Source: Marsupella aquatica | Lineage: Eukaryota; Plantae; Marchantiophyta | Direction of reading: 5' to 3' | DNA length: 64,000 bases | Assembly (NCBI GenBank): GCA_973895155.1 | Contig: OZ316892.1 | Coordinates: 28,482,307 to 28,546,306, forward strand | Shown: piece by piece, positions 46,850-60,500 of the stretch | Position numbering within the stretch: the stretch's first letter is position 1 | Layout of the letters: each line of letters opens with the position of its first letter | Notes under the pieces: generated by a model | Seen by the model: the letters and a program-made list of their open reading frames with translations, nothing else | Told to the model about the DNA's origin: nothing | Databases searched by the model: none | Program-made: the position numbers and the translations under genes

Positions 46850-49800
46850 CGATGGCAAAGTAACTACGGGCAGATTATATACTACTTTAGCGGGATTTGT
46901 CACGCATTAGATCGGACCTGGTCATAAGCACGATCAAGATGGCGTCAACCAATTGAAAGGATATGTTTCTAGTTCTGTGGATCATCTATACAGAAAGCTT
47001 GGTTGTGGTCTTCTCTGTGTTGACGATCCATGATTCATTCCCAAGTGCAAATTAGATATATCATTTAATGCATTTGAACTAGATCTAGATATAGACGTGG
47101 TGGTATAGATTCCATGTTAACACCTGGTCACCCAACTGAGTGAGAAAAGTTGATGGACAAAGTTCTTTTCTCCTATGTCAAGCATCGTACTAGAAGATTC
47201 ATTGAGGCAGTTTGATACGAATGATAGTGATGGCTCCCTTGGCTTTCCTCGGCTGCGTTTCCTTTTCAAACATTTTGTCTTTCATAATTACTGGGTATTC
47301 TCTTCAGCATGCCGGAAAAGTCTTCCTAATTTCCTGAATCAGAGTAATAAATGCATTCCATGTGACAACCTCTTCGGCAGTTTTTCGTCTCTGAGGTGTT
47401 TGCTACCGCATCTTGAGGCTAGAGTTCATTATCTACTCCGTGAGGAAAAAAAGAAGCGAAAGTACATGAAATGCTCGATTGACTTGCAAGTACAGGAAAT
47501 GTTAGAAAGGACAATTATTGAGTGGACGACGGCAATATGGTGGGGCATATGTTAGCCATGGTCCCCAAATGAGCAGTTCATCGCAGATTTGTAGAATTTT
47601 TTATGTGATATATGCTTGGATAATTCCGAGCAGGATCTGTCCAGATTTATCTACAGTTGAACCGATTTCTTTTTCTTGAGAGCACTGTCGGGTTAGATGG
47701 AGACATGGTAACAGCATACTTAGGTTGTTTCCAGCAGGGTGACCGCACGATCTATATGTAGAACTGTCAATATTTTGCCGACAAGGATTGTGGGATGAGA
47801 AGACAGGTGAGGGATGTTTTCCAGAGGATGACACCAAATCTATCTATAGAAGAATCGAATGCTTGCTGAAGAGGAATGTCGCATGAGAAGACAGGTGATG
47901 GATCACTGGCAACTCTATCCTTAGGAGAATCACATGTGTGCTGAAGAGGACTGTCGAATGAAAATGCGTGCGGAGGGATGCGTTGCAAAAGGGTCACTCA
48001 GCTCTGTCCACAGACGAATCGGACGACTGTTGAAGAGCACTGTCGCTCATGAGAACGTAAGCTTTTGTTGTATCGAAGACAGGGTCGATAGCAATCTATC
48101 CACTAAAGAAACAACTGTTCGCTAGAGGGGACCCACAGATGCGAAGGCGTTCTATCGATGGAATTACTCTCACGCGATATCGCTGACTGCTTGCGAGAGA
48201 GGACTCACTGATGAGGAGGCATGATGTAACTCTTCTCGGGAAATCACTCTCAATGACAAGGAAATCCGGACATCACCACATAACCACGTTTCAAATCGAG
48301 AATTCCACCGCCCTCCACCAAAACGAAATCCAAGAAGAGGTCCTCTGTTTGCCAAAATGTGGGATCAGAGAGAAGAATTGGCCGGAGAATTAGTTCGCAT
48401 CATCATGTTCGAACGACTCCAACGTGCCCACCGAAAACATAGAATCATGACTACCAAACGACAATAGACCCCGAAAGGCCGACCTGACGCGAAACAAATG
48501 TCACCAGTTACATCAAAAGTCTGGAGACTTGGATAGTAGTTGGTTGGAGGGCACAATCTATGTTGCAATCATGAAACTGATGGAAGAAATGTCACAACAA
48601 TTCGTGTCAAATCACTACTTACTGTTGAAATTTCACCATAGAAAAAGTGAAGGCATCATGACCACCACGCAAGAGAATGACCCCAACACACCACCTGAAA
48701 TGAGACACACGTGACCACTTACTTGCCAAATCTGGAGACATGCATGACAGTTGCCTGAAGTGTATGTTGACATGATTCTGTGAAATTGCTGTGTCCAGCC
48801 ATGGAAATCTCTGTTTCTAGTAAGTTCATGGAAGCAGCACACTGGGTCACTGGGTGCTCCATCCCTGTTACTCGAGTGCCATTGCTTTCCGTGAAGACCA
48901 GAAGGGAAAAGCAGGAAATAGGAAGATCATGTCCCTGACAGGTTTTTGTTCGTGGGACCAGACCAGAGACGTAATTGGCGTTACACTCAGTCGGCCCATT
49001 GCTTCCAGTGGACCAATAGCTGCGAAAAAGATCCAATAATGCAGGTCTCCACTCTGACATCCTCTACTACTACAATAGTCTAGTAGGAAGCAGAGACGAG
49101 ACAGGAAAGATACAGTACTGGTGAGAGAGTCAGACCCAACCACAAATCTCATGACATCCGATGGCTGAATCTGGAGCAGCTGAACAAACCACACACCCAG
49201 GACTGAATTGCTGGCGCATCATGCTGCATCAGTTTGAAAACAAAGCACACAGCAAGGAATGAATTATGAGCAGGTTTTTTACATTCTGATCCTGATAAAA
49301 GTAACGTACGTAACGTCGTCAACGAAGGGGTTGACAAGTAGATCAACAGTGATGTCACAGTGCACAACCCATCGCACGAGAAGGTAACGTAACGTCGTCA
49401 AAAACTAGTTGACGAATGTGGATCAAGAGTGATGTCACACAGCCATAACAATGCAGTCGAAGAAAATGAGGCTTGACTTCTCCACTGCCTCCCATAATCA
49501 TGCCCTTCTCTGTGAGATCCCAAACACATAGTATATCTGGTGTTACCTTGTCCAGATTTATTAATGAAACTGTTGGAGACTTAAGCAATCTTGCAAATCT
49601 ATCCTCGTTCTTGTATGTATTTTTATAAGCAGTTTGTAGATTGGGAAATGTCATGGATGCAAAATGTTGACAACCATAACACATCACAATGTTACCAAGA
49701 GTGATGAATACATCATTCATGTTGATTTGGAAAACTACAATGCTCGGAGAAAAAAAAAATTAATCTGACTGCAAATAATTTCTCTTGTGAATGATACGAA

Positions 49801-50730
49801 AATACATTCAAGGCTGTCTTCCATTCATGTTAATTACAATTTGCTATGTTGGCTTTTAGTGAATGTTATGGGGGAACCCCACCTGAGCAAAGGAGTCTCT
49901 ATGACTGGAAAAGTTAAGGGTCTAAAAGAATTCTATTTGCTTTACACAACCCTAGACTAATAGCTTCTTTTAGAGCTCCCATAGACTACAAAGATTGACA
50001 GGATGCTTGGATCAACCCTTGAAATCCACATTGACCATTTTGACACACTAAATTTACTCAAATACTAACTTGTACACATGCTTAGCTTTTGGGTGCCAAA
50101 AAAATACATTGTCTATCCGAGTCCTCAGACAAAAATTGTGGTCCATCTTAGCATCAACAACCTTTTCTACAGATTATAGTGTAAGAGCTAAATACTTTTG
50201 TTATCGGAATTGATCACAGATTCTTTTAGCAAAATGGTGGGATCCTTAGTGAAACGCCCATTTACTTAGTGGGATGAAACACAGTAGTGCAGTCCGCGAT
50301 GTTCCCATACCTTGAAGGCAAGGCAGTTGACGGAAATAAGAATACCATGGAGCTTAGGGGTCTCATTTCCAAAGAAGTGGCCATCAATGCGTCATCAATG
50401 CAACACAGATTAGGGTTTTTTAACTCAATTTGAGAAAGATTTATTCATATTTCTCTGCAAGTAAGAGTCATGTAATCAGATGATTGTTTTAGAGCTAAAT
50501 TGTACAAGCTCACATGTGACAGGGGATGTCTATAATAGCGCCCCCCCCCCCCCAAGCCATGGAGTGGACTTGTGTGGAGAGAAGAGGTAATTCTCACACT
50601 CACACTATGGGGGATGACTATAGTGACCCCTCCCTGAGCCATGGAGTGGGGGTGTGTGAGGTAAGACGTTATTCCATGATGATTATATGGTTTGGAAAAG
50701 TGGTTGTCAAAAGGTGAGTACCCAACTTGG

Positions 50731-51731
50731 ACCCTGAGTTAAATCTACATCAAGTTAATGCTCCCCCACTTTCCCGGGGCGCCGTACACTGCCCGTCCAA
50801 TCCCCGATGCTGCTGCCCGCTCCGGCCAAAATTTGGCAGAACATAAACCAATACTCTAAGATTTAATGCATGCGCTCCGGCCCGATCGACTTTGCGCCAT
50901 CGACTACAGGTTTATGTTTTGGCACATTCGCTCGCTCCAGCCCGAACGACTTAAGTTTGTGTCATCGACTTCTTCCTTGTGGAGTCGTGGTTTATGTTCT
51001 AGCAACTCTTCTTTCCAACAGAGTTATATTTTCTTTGTAAGAGAGTCTAAGTGTTCAAGGCAAGCCTAATACTTTGGTTAAGAGTCATGATTTATAGAGT
51101 CTTGGTTTATGTTGTGCCAAATACTTATCCTCTATGGACTTGTGATTAATGTTTTGGCAACACTTCTTTCCAAGGGAGTGATGTTTGTTTAGTAAGACAG
51201 TCTAAGCATTTAGGCACAACCTAGTATTTTGGTTAAGAGTCATGATTCTAGAGTCTTGGTTGATGTTTTTCCAAATGCTTCTTCTTGATGGAGTCATGGT
51301 TTATGTTCTGGTAACACTTCTTTCCGATGGAGTCATACCTATTTTGTAATAGAATCTAAGTGTTCAAGGGGAGCCTAATACTTTGGTTGAGAGTCATGAT
51401 TGTTAGACTCTTGGTTTATGTTATGCCAAGTACTTATTCTCTATGGAGTTATGGTTTATGTCTTGGCAACACTTATTTCCAAAAAGTTGATGACACAAAG
51501 TAGACCGGGCTGGAGCGGCCGACAAAAAGTGATGGGTGCCAAAACAGAAACCCGAAGTCAATGGCGCAAAGTCGATCGGACCAGAACGCATGCGTTAAAT
51601 CGTAGAGTATTGGTTTATGTTCTGCCAAACTTGGGCCGGAGCGGGCAGCAGCATCGGGGATTGGGACGGGCAGTGTACGGCGCCCTGGGAAAGAGGGGGA
51701 GCATTAACTTGATGTAGATTTAACTCAGGGT
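50731..51731. mobile_element. Mutator-like non-autonomous element with ~210-bp TIRs
   Basis: ACCCTGAGTTAAATCTACATCAAGTTAATGCTCCCCC... is inverted at the other end (...GGGGGAGCATTAACTTGATGTAGATTTAACTCAGGGT). 9-bp direct repeat CCAACTTGG at 50722-50730 and 51732-51740. Internal ~155-bp tandem repeat, ~3.3 copies (50981-51490). Confidence 0.88.
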
Positions 51732-52079
51732 CCAACTTGGGAAAATAAACCTTAGCCAACACTCTGGATCTGAAGATAACCCCAAAGTCAACGTTAGCCA
51801 ACCTCAAGGTTGAACACTCCAAAAGAGTATAGGATTTGCACCCAGCAACAATTTGGAATCTCCAAGCAGCAGAGAATAGGATCCTTGGTGCCACTTGCCA
51901 CTCTCACCAGTGAAATAACAACAAAAAGTGATTGCTCCCAAAGTACATAGAAGAGTCCCGAGGCTTGAGTTTCTTCCCTACCAACAGCAATTTGGGAAGC
52001 AAAACCATAGTTATTCATGATGTTGTGAGTGATGCTACTGCTCAGGTTGTCTCCAAGGTTCTCTTTGGGTCTTTGGTAC

Positions 52080-52366
52080 CTCGGGGGGTTGACTATCATC
52101 AATCTTAGAAACCACGTGCGATCCAAAATATATATTTTTCATATAAATTAGCTAAATTTTTAAAAAGCGTAGGAAGCAAAAGAAGGTATTATAAACCTAT
52201 ATTTGTAGAATATTCTCTAATATATACCTTTTATAAAGTAAAATAGGTCATTAGTATTGAAAATAGAGAATATTTTTAGAATATTCCCATTATAAAATAG
52301 GTGTGTTTATATTAGGCTAGGATCGCACGTGGTACCCCAAAATATGCACTAAGTTAACCCCCCGAG
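52080..52366. mobile_element. MITE with 15-bp TIRs and 8-bp TSD (hAT/P/Merlin-type TSD length)
   Basis: TIR CTCGGGGGGTTGACT / AGTTAACCCCCCGAG; TSD TTTGGTAC at 52072-52079 and 52367-52374. Second internal IR ACCACGTGCGATCC / GGATCGCACGTGGT (52111, 52333). Confidence 0.88.
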
Positions 52367-52429
52367 TTTGGTACACGTGCGACAGGAGGTGATGCTCGAC
52401 TTACCTGGTCCTCCACCACACGAGCCATC

Positions 52430-52800
52430 ACAGCAATTACGGGTTGATCTGACCACGCCATGGTCCGTGATGGTTGGCATACTTTGGCAGATGTTGTGGT
52501 AGCAAACCCTTTGTGTCAGGACCTCATTGAGATAGTGGTGGCAACGGCAGGGGCAACGGCATCCCGGGCGCCCACGACAAAGGAGGCAAAATATGCCGCT
52601 CGAGCTTCATCAGATACCTTCCTCCCCCTTGCTATTGAGATCTTTGGGCATCTTCATCACCAAATTTATGGTCTTCTTTGACAGGCTGCTCGTGATATTC
52701 AAGCATGGATGGGTTACTCTGGACCCCCACCATCCATCTTGACAACAGACTTTTGTCAGCCCATTTCAGTGGCCTTACAGCGTGCCTAAGCTCGAGCCAT
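52430..52800 (+). pseudogene. Remnant of a restriction-like endonuclease domain of a CRE/R2-group non-LTR retrotransposon
   Basis: LRVDL...TLADVVVANP...KEAKY...FLPLAIEIFG...ISVALQRA* follows the RLE pattern (R-x-D, DV, K-x-x-KY, P-x-x-x-E-x-x-G, SVALQ); contains stops. Confidence 0.7.
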
Positions 52801-53014
52801 TTATCATTTGTCCCTCAAAGTGGGCGCCATTGTGCCTCCACAGACACTAGCCCCTCTAGAGGACATTCCTGTCCCACTTGCTGATTTAGTTAGTACATTG
52901 GATGTGGCCCATTAACTCTTGTCACATTTGCCAATGTAGACACTAGTCCTTGAGTTTGCACTCATGTAGTGTTTGATGCTTTTTTTTGTTTATATTTTTC
53001 CATTTTACCCTACC

Positions 53015-53290
53015 GGGGAGCCATGTAGCGATTGCCGCCCGTGTGTCTGGCCATGCAGCTGCCAAGGCAGCCCGGTTCAAGGAGGAGGCCTATGCAGTTC
53101 GCTACCTGGGGGATCTTTTCTACCCCTTTGCCATTGAGGTTTTTGATGCTCTCCACCCTACCTTCGACGAGTTCTTGCGGGCCTGTGGTGTTTATTATGT
53201 TGAGATGATGCCTTCCCCCCTGTTTCGGTCCTAACCGCCCTTTTTTGGCAGCGGGTATCTGTGGCTCCTCAGTGAGCCCAGGCTTTCACC
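53015..53290 (+). pseudogene. Second CRE-like RLE endonuclease remnant
   Basis: GHAAAKAARFKEEAY...FYPFAIEVFDALHP...FWQRVSVAPQ*AQA. Confidence 0.6.
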
Positions 53291-56045
53291 CTCCTTTGTA
53301 GAGCTGAGGCCGTTGGTTTTAGGGCTTCCCTCCAGGTTCCGCTTCGAAACCCTCAATTGCGGTTTACTCTGGAGCTCTACCAGGTTTTTCAGTTCTCCGC
53401 TCAGTAGGGTGTTAGTCTTCACGACTCCTTCATATGTTACATTTTTGTCAACTTTTGGTTTGGGACCCCATGGCTTGTTTTTTTCTTGGGGCCCTTCCCC
53501 TCTTTTCCTCCCCTTCTTTGGGTTGCTTTGCCTTTGGGATTGTCTCCCCCGTTTGGCCTTTTTTGCCCTTGGGCGCACTGTGATATATATTTTTAGTATT
53601 GCACTTGCTTCCTTTTTTTTCCTGGTTTGGTGTTTGTCCTATTTGGACCTCTTTTTCTTTCCTTTCATTGTCCATTGTTTTTTCCTGACCTATATATTTT
53701 GGTGAAAGTTTCCCTACCAACGAAGTTTCAAAAAGAGCACACAAATTGCTTCAAAGACATGGCAATCATTAGACTAGCCAAGGTCGTAGGCCATACACCA
53801 CCTCATTTGTCAATTCTAGCATAGTCTAGCCCCTTTGTGTGCAATAATTGGTGTCTGTCATTCTCCAAAAGCATTGGTCCCTATCTTTTAGTTCTTGTTC
53901 CTCGAAGTTCTCATTACACTCCAAATACCCCAGATGGGCAAATGGACTATCCAAGTTTTGATGGTCCATCGGAGTTGATTATAAAGCATTATAATCCATC
54001 GAGGCTACTTTGCTGGCTCTTTCCTCTTGCATCAGTTCCCAAATTATATATATCATTGGCTGGTCCCATCATGAACTTTTTCTTTTTGAGGAGCGCTTTT
54101 CCTTTGATAAGCACTATTATTGGCTGATGAAGGAGCCATGGAATTGCATGCCGTGAAGGCTGTGCTTTACCAAAAATTTACCAACTGGAGCGACTATTAC
54201 CTGTGCATGCCCTACGCTAAAAGTTAATATTATTATTCTTACAACAGATTCCGCTTTTTTACTTCCAAAAACAATATAAACTGATATCAAGTCTTACCAT
54301 CCGAATCCTCAGAATCTATAAATATATATACCACTGATCTCATGGCCTACTACATAGAGTGAACTCTCTGGGGCATAACTGAAAGTGAATGTGCAGGTAG
54401 AAAACAGGGATTGGGTCAGGGCCTCCTGTCTAGAGTGAAGCCTCTAGACCCTGACTAGTGGGCATAACTACCCTGACTAGTGGGCGTACGTGAAACAGGA
54501 GGTGCAAGTAGAAATTAGGGAGTGGGGCTTCAGGACCTACTGTCTAGAGTGAAATCTAGACCCTGACAAGTGGCATACCATAAAGTGGGGGCAGGTCATT
54601 CCTGAAAGTGAATAACAATTTCTTGCAAGGCTTCTTTGTCCTGAGCTCTATTTCGGTTCAAAGAAGGGAAAGTCAGGCTAGTATTCATACAATATGCATT
54701 GTAAAATGTTCCCATGTTCCATTTATTTTGAATTGTTTTGCTAAAGTTGCACTAAACACTTGATGACCTTTACTTGAAAGTGATGCTCCCATGCATCGAG
54801 CCCATCAACCATGCTATCCCATCGACCACCTTTTACACCTTCAATCAATGACACCCGTTCTGTATTAAAAAAACAATTCAACACCAAAGTTTGACCTTCA
54901 ATATCTCACTTTCTATCTAGGGGAACTGGCTCTTCTTGGGCTAATTAGAAGTCAGTTGTAAAGATCTTCCCAACTAGTCTAATATCTCTAGTTTTCAGAA
55001 ATAATGAAATAGTTATGATTTTTTAAAGATCATTCCATCACCTACTGTCCCACACTTTGCACTTCGAAAGTTTCTTAGGGGCTAACTTTGGCATTTAGTA
55101 TCTCCCAGGGTTTCCAATGGAATCTTATTTTACTGGGTTTGTTAGAAACAGCTGGGTTAGATCTTTCCAATGAGCCTATGTTGTCAAATTTCATGGAGAA
55201 TTTAGAGACCTAAAAAATTCCAAAGGTGACTCTCTTTTTCTTGCCACATGTCACTCTTGTGTAATCTGTACTATATGAGCAGAAAGAGACTTTGGCCACA
55301 GTCTATCTTGGCTGCAAAAATATATCCAAGCCTTTTTGCAACAGAGGTCCATCCAGGGTAAGACTTGGTCCCAAACTGAAATTTCCAATAATTAATTATT
55401 TTTTGATCGAGCCTGATCGTCCCTACTATGGGAGATACTCCGGTTAATTACTTAGTGGGTTGCCTTGCCTGGGTGGCACCCATTTCCATGATTGGAAAAA
55501 AATGGAAAAAAATTATTATGGAGCGACTAATCCGCTCCGTACCTTTACAGTGCTGCGTTACAGTCAGGCGGAGCGCGTAATGGTCAACCGGACCTGTAAA
55601 GAAAAGAATTGTCAATATCGATAACAGAACCAATAATAATAGCTATCTTTCATTATTGTAATTGTCGTGTCCCGACTAATGAAATAAAATAATGGATGCA
55701 CAAAGTACCGGATTCGGCGGGAGCTAAGGACTTTCCGTTACTGTATTTAGCAGAGTTGACCCCGGATTCGAGGAGTGGACTGAGTGTGTCAGCTAAACTA
55801 GCGGCGGGCGGCCGGAAGGGCCCTCTCGTTAGGGACGCCCTTGAGGATCCCAGCATTGATCCTAACGGACTTGGCCAGAGGGACTGTACATCCCAGCTGA
55901 CTTTAGTAGTACAGTACTCGTCCTCACTGTACCGTTTTAGCTATCCTATTCTGATGGCGAGTTTTTGGAAGATTTAGGCATTTTTTAAAAGGCTTATTCA
56001 ACCCCTCAACTACTTCTTCGTTCAGAATTCAGTGCACCATTTGTT

Positions 56046-56470
56046 ATGGCTCATATGAATTATGTGCTCATATGCTGGTCTTTGGGAGACTCATGAGGAG
56101 ATTCTCCAGGTTCCCCCGGTGCCTCCTAGACCCCCTTGAGGGGTCCTTAGCTTTCTGGGTAGGGGTTTGTCTTGTAGATAGATCGACAGGATTTCTTCTT
56201 GTCATGGATCCACTGGATGGTCCCTCGCCGGGGCCTCTTCACTGGCTGGTCTTACGGAGTGTGCTGCTCCCTCTACAGTTGTTGAACGTCTTGTTTAGTT
56301 GTCTCGCTGATGAGGCCTCTCCTCTACCTTGGTGCCGGATTCGCCGGTCTCCTGCTCTGCGACCTCCAGTCCCCCTTGGGTGTTGTCCCCCTCTTGTGGG
56401 CCACCCTGTTGTATGCTGTCTCTTTGAATGGAATTCAATTGGATGTTTCAAGGCAAAAAAACCAAAAAAA
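56046..56470 (+). mobile_element. 5'-truncated non-LTR retroposon insertion with A-rich tail
   Basis: Perfect 22-bp direct repeat AGAATTCAGTGCACCATTTGTT at 56024-56045 and 56471-56492; the insert ends in an A-rich tail (CAAAAAAACCAAAAAAA). Confidence 0.82.
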
Positions 56471-57234
56471 AGAATTCAGTGCACCATTTGTTTGATTTTG
56501 CTCCCTGTCGTACAGTCTTAAATAGTGAAAATTGAGGTATATGTGCATTATTAGAAATCCTGTGGTGGTCAGGCTCCCTCAATAGGTACACCCCAGCCTT
56601 GCCTTTTCCTGAACTGACTTGTTTGGAGTATAATTATTCATATGAACTTTTAATTATTTTGTTATTAAAGATGTTCAAATTGATAATACATCCTAATTGA
56701 CTGTCTAGCACACAGTCTTCATAATTGGTACTGCATGCTGGACTTTGTTAACAAGGGATAATATCTCACTAGCAAGCCTGGGAAATGGGTTCTCAGCTCT
56801 GCAATTCAAAGTTGAAACTAAAAACAATGCTGGATGTGCTAGGCCAGGGGTCTTTTGGGGTCATCACAAGGAATTTATGCTTCTAATTTGGTCTGCCATG
56901 CTTTGACTCTCGTGCAATGGAACAAGAATGGGACTAACGTAGCCTCGTAACTAACTTACTTAAACACCTTAGGATATTATCGTAGTTTTTGTAAACTTAT
57001 ACAATGAAAGTTTTGCAAGGTGTGGTACTAGAAGACGAAAAGAACTCCTACAAATGCATTCATGTAACTATCCCTAACCATTCTCAAATCAAGTTAGGAT
57101 TGTTAATCTTTAGAGTCCTCAGGGCGTGGAGTTACAACATAGAACATTAGAACCCATTCTATACAACAACTTCATTTAATTTCCCACTGTCCCAGACCAG
57201 GCACTCCCCCCCCCCCCCGCCCTCTCCTCCGCAG

Positions 57235-57578
57235 TGTTAGATATTGCTCTAGTCTTGTGACTCATGAGCTAACCACAGTTAGGCTAACTCGGGTTAGGAC
57301 TTAGCTAATGTTAGCGGTAGTGTTGTTGTGTATATAGCCAGGGCTGATGCCAGACCCTAGTGAAACTTAGGCTCATTGTTATGAAGCTAGTTGAGAGATA
57401 GGGAGACCTTGTGCTGTGGATGTTTGGTATGGCCGGTCGGCCTAGAGTGCAATAAAGCTCTTGTGTGTTCCCATGGACGTAACCTCATGTGGAGGTGAAC
57501 CACGTATCTCTTTGTGTCGATTCTTGTGCGTTGGATGGTTCATGGGCTTGCCGTTACGAATGTCGTCTATGCTCAACA
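57235..57578 (+). mobile_element. Solo LTR (344 bp), copia-like
   Basis: TGTT...AACA ends; 5-bp TSD CGCAG on both sides; TATATA, AATAAA and the ggacgta...gaaccacgta motif typical of copia LTRs; no internal domain. Confidence 0.88.
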
Positions 57579-60500
57579 CGCAGGGCAGCAAGAGATATAG
57601 AGACAACAACCAGGAAGTCATGAAACTCGAGAAAGTCTTGACATCCAGTAAAATATTGTTATGTTTGGGCTAACGTAGTTACTTTGCAAAATCTGATGAA
57701 TTTACATATACAATTTGACTCAGCTTAGTACTGATTTGGGGAAAGTAAATGTGACTTAAATGGGGTACACATTTTACTGTGGGTTTATTTGGCAGGGTAT
57801 ATTTACTTTGAAAGGCCAGAGCTATTGGCCAACGGATAGAGAAGAATGTTACTCATTTCACTGTCTTAAATAGTGATTTATCAGTGCAAAGTGTATTCTC
57901 ATAATTTACGCTAAGTGTATTGAGAAATGGAGTGATAACCCAGAAACAAATGAAAGTAGATTTTCCCTCACCTAACTTTGCTACGTTTAACCCTACTATG
58001 CAATCAATCCTGTGCCATTGGGGGGGCTCATATGCTTTTTGGCTCTTTGGATTTACTGGGGTTTTCCTCTTGCTGTCCTCTTTAGCGGGTCTACTTTCTC
58101 AGGAATCTTGTCTCCCAGATTGATGTTTATGTGCTTTGGCAGTGTGGTACATAGTATGCAATCAATCAGATGGCAAACCAATCGAACGTATTGTGAAGGA
58201 ATTTTGGACGACTGACTATCAACAAGATCATTCCACCAACGGTGGGATTCCACTACCATCGTGTCCTCCGACACGATCGACCATCTACGGCCAAATTCCT
58301 CGCCCTCGAATCGAGTCCAAAAGCACAGCCGTTAGATCCAAAGGAACCGTTGGCTATAAGGTCCTTACCGATCGATCCCCTCCTTCGAGTCCAAAAGCGC
58401 AGCCGTCATTCCGGCGCAACAGTCGGCTATCGTTCCTCCCGACACCAGCGTCCCGCCCTAAATCGTTCACCCGGTACAGCAGTAGTATCCCGGTCGTCGC
58501 CCCCCGGTATACTACAGTACTATACCGTGGGCGCGTGCTGGTACCGTAAAAAAACGGTCAAATGGGCCTCGATCCTGGGCCCGGTAAAATGCCGGGATGG
58601 CGGCATGGTGGAGTCAGTGGACTGGAATGGGCTCTGATCATGCAGACGACGAACTTGGGATTTGAAAATCGTCCAGTGAACGGAAACGGAAACGGAAACC
58701 ATGCATCCAACAGTTGCGTCCGGGAGGGAGGGGTTGCCGCAAGCGAAGTACGGCTGCTTGTTCGCGTAGGACGTTCACATCCCGAGAACCGACAGACAAC
58801 GGACGGATGGGCGGGCCGACGGACGGCCGTGAGTTTGCTCGAGCAGTACCTGAACGTCTGAACGCAATGATACGGTGTCTGCGTGCGTGCATTTTGGGGC
58901 ATTTTGGGGAATTACTACAATCGCACCTGACTAAGTGCACACCTCATAACTGCGAAACTTGATTATTGCTGGACAACCGTTTCTTCCCTGACAGTTCTGC
59001 ACGTTTAATAATGGCAGTGAGCAGGGTAATTTTTGAAGTTGTTTTTAGAAGCCGGGGTGGCTAATGTCACCCTTTGTTGTGAAAGGAAAGGTGTTAAGAA
59101 TATTCATTAGAGGGCAGATAACATCTACAATCAATTCTTGAGAGTTACAGTAGATCTCCTGGGATTTAAAGATAACCTTCAGATGTGGCTAATGGGGTCT
59201 GTGGGTAAGTGGAAATCTGGCTAATCAAAGACAAGAATCCCAGCAATGTTTTTGCAGAAATTGGTGAGAGCGAGGTATGGAAAAATTTTGCCACAAAAAC
59301 GTAGATGGCAGTGAGGTCTCCCACTCCACAAACATATAAGTGCAAAACGTTCTAAAAGGGTATGTGAGCAGTAATGGGTAAGACCTTAGATCCAATGCAA
59401 AACTTACTGATAAGTGTACGTGGTTTCTACCTCAAATAAATGTTGCAGTTGTGAGATAGGACTTTGGCTTAGGGCTTGGATGTACCATCCAAATGAACAC
59501 CTGGTGGCAGCTTCTTGAGTGTGACACACTGACACTATGAATGCATATGGATACTGTCAAGGCACCAATAATTGCACTTCTTACTTAGAGCAAACTGCAT
59601 GTAAATATGGCTCATTCTCGAGAGTGTGCATTTAGAGAGAGACAACAATAGTAGTTGGTCTAGATGCCCATTAATTTACATATATTTGGTACCAATAAAG
59701 GTTATGGGGGTTGTAACCTCTTTGGGAGGTCCCTCCTATTCCCATAATGTCCTGCCTGCCCAGTTGTGTTAGTAACTATTTTCCAGACCATGCTTTTGTA
59801 CTATCATGGCAGTCTAGGTTAGGATTCTAGACTAAACCCTATTCCTGTTATTGCCAGTCAGTTTTTTTTCAGTTTCTGATCACAGGTTACAACCTAGTAA
59901 CCATGCGCCCATCCAATCCTTTTCCTCACTTTCGGTCACAGGCTACAACCTAGTGACCCATGCAGCCATACTATCATTCTCCTATGAATTATGCACTGCT
60001 GCGAACTAGAGAGCTTGCAGGAGAGAATGAAGGCAGAGAGTGTGCACTTAGAGAGAGACGACAGTAGTAGTTGGTTCAGACGGCCAATTATTTTACGGAG
60101 TTATTATACCGTTAACAGGCGTGCATGGTTGTTGCTGCGTACATGAGGGCTTATTAGAGGAGGGAATGACGACGGAGGTGGCTCTGATTGATTTAATTTA
60201 TTGACTGATCGATAACAATGCCCATGCATGCACAAAGGTGTTTGTTGTAAGGTGGGATTGATGATTGACCATTCCGCAGCGGGAATGGACTGATGACTGA
60301 TTGACCGCTACTCTGACGAGCTGGAAAGGTAGACGAGACAGAGCGACGCGACAGTCGGACGGACTAGACTGACAGTTGGGCGAATTCCGTCCCCCGAGGA
60401 AAAGAAAAGAGACAGTTGAAGAATGGTTGGTTGGTTGGTTAGTTGGTCCGTTGTCGACATCGATGTGTGCTGCTGCAATCGGGCCTCACTGCCTCAGTAT

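Noticed and set aside
47700-49440. Degenerate ~80-bp repeats and many short ORFs
   Set aside because: No coding signal or element boundaries; ordinary decayed tandem duplications.
57985-59030. piggyBac-like element (TTAACCCT...AGGGTAA) around a GC-rich palindromic region
   Set aside because: The TIR match is too short and imperfect, and the right TTAA is absent.
59570-60100. Diverged direct repeats ~416 bp apart, suggesting a TRIM or LTR pair
   Set aside because: No TG...CA ends, PBS, PPT or TSD found.
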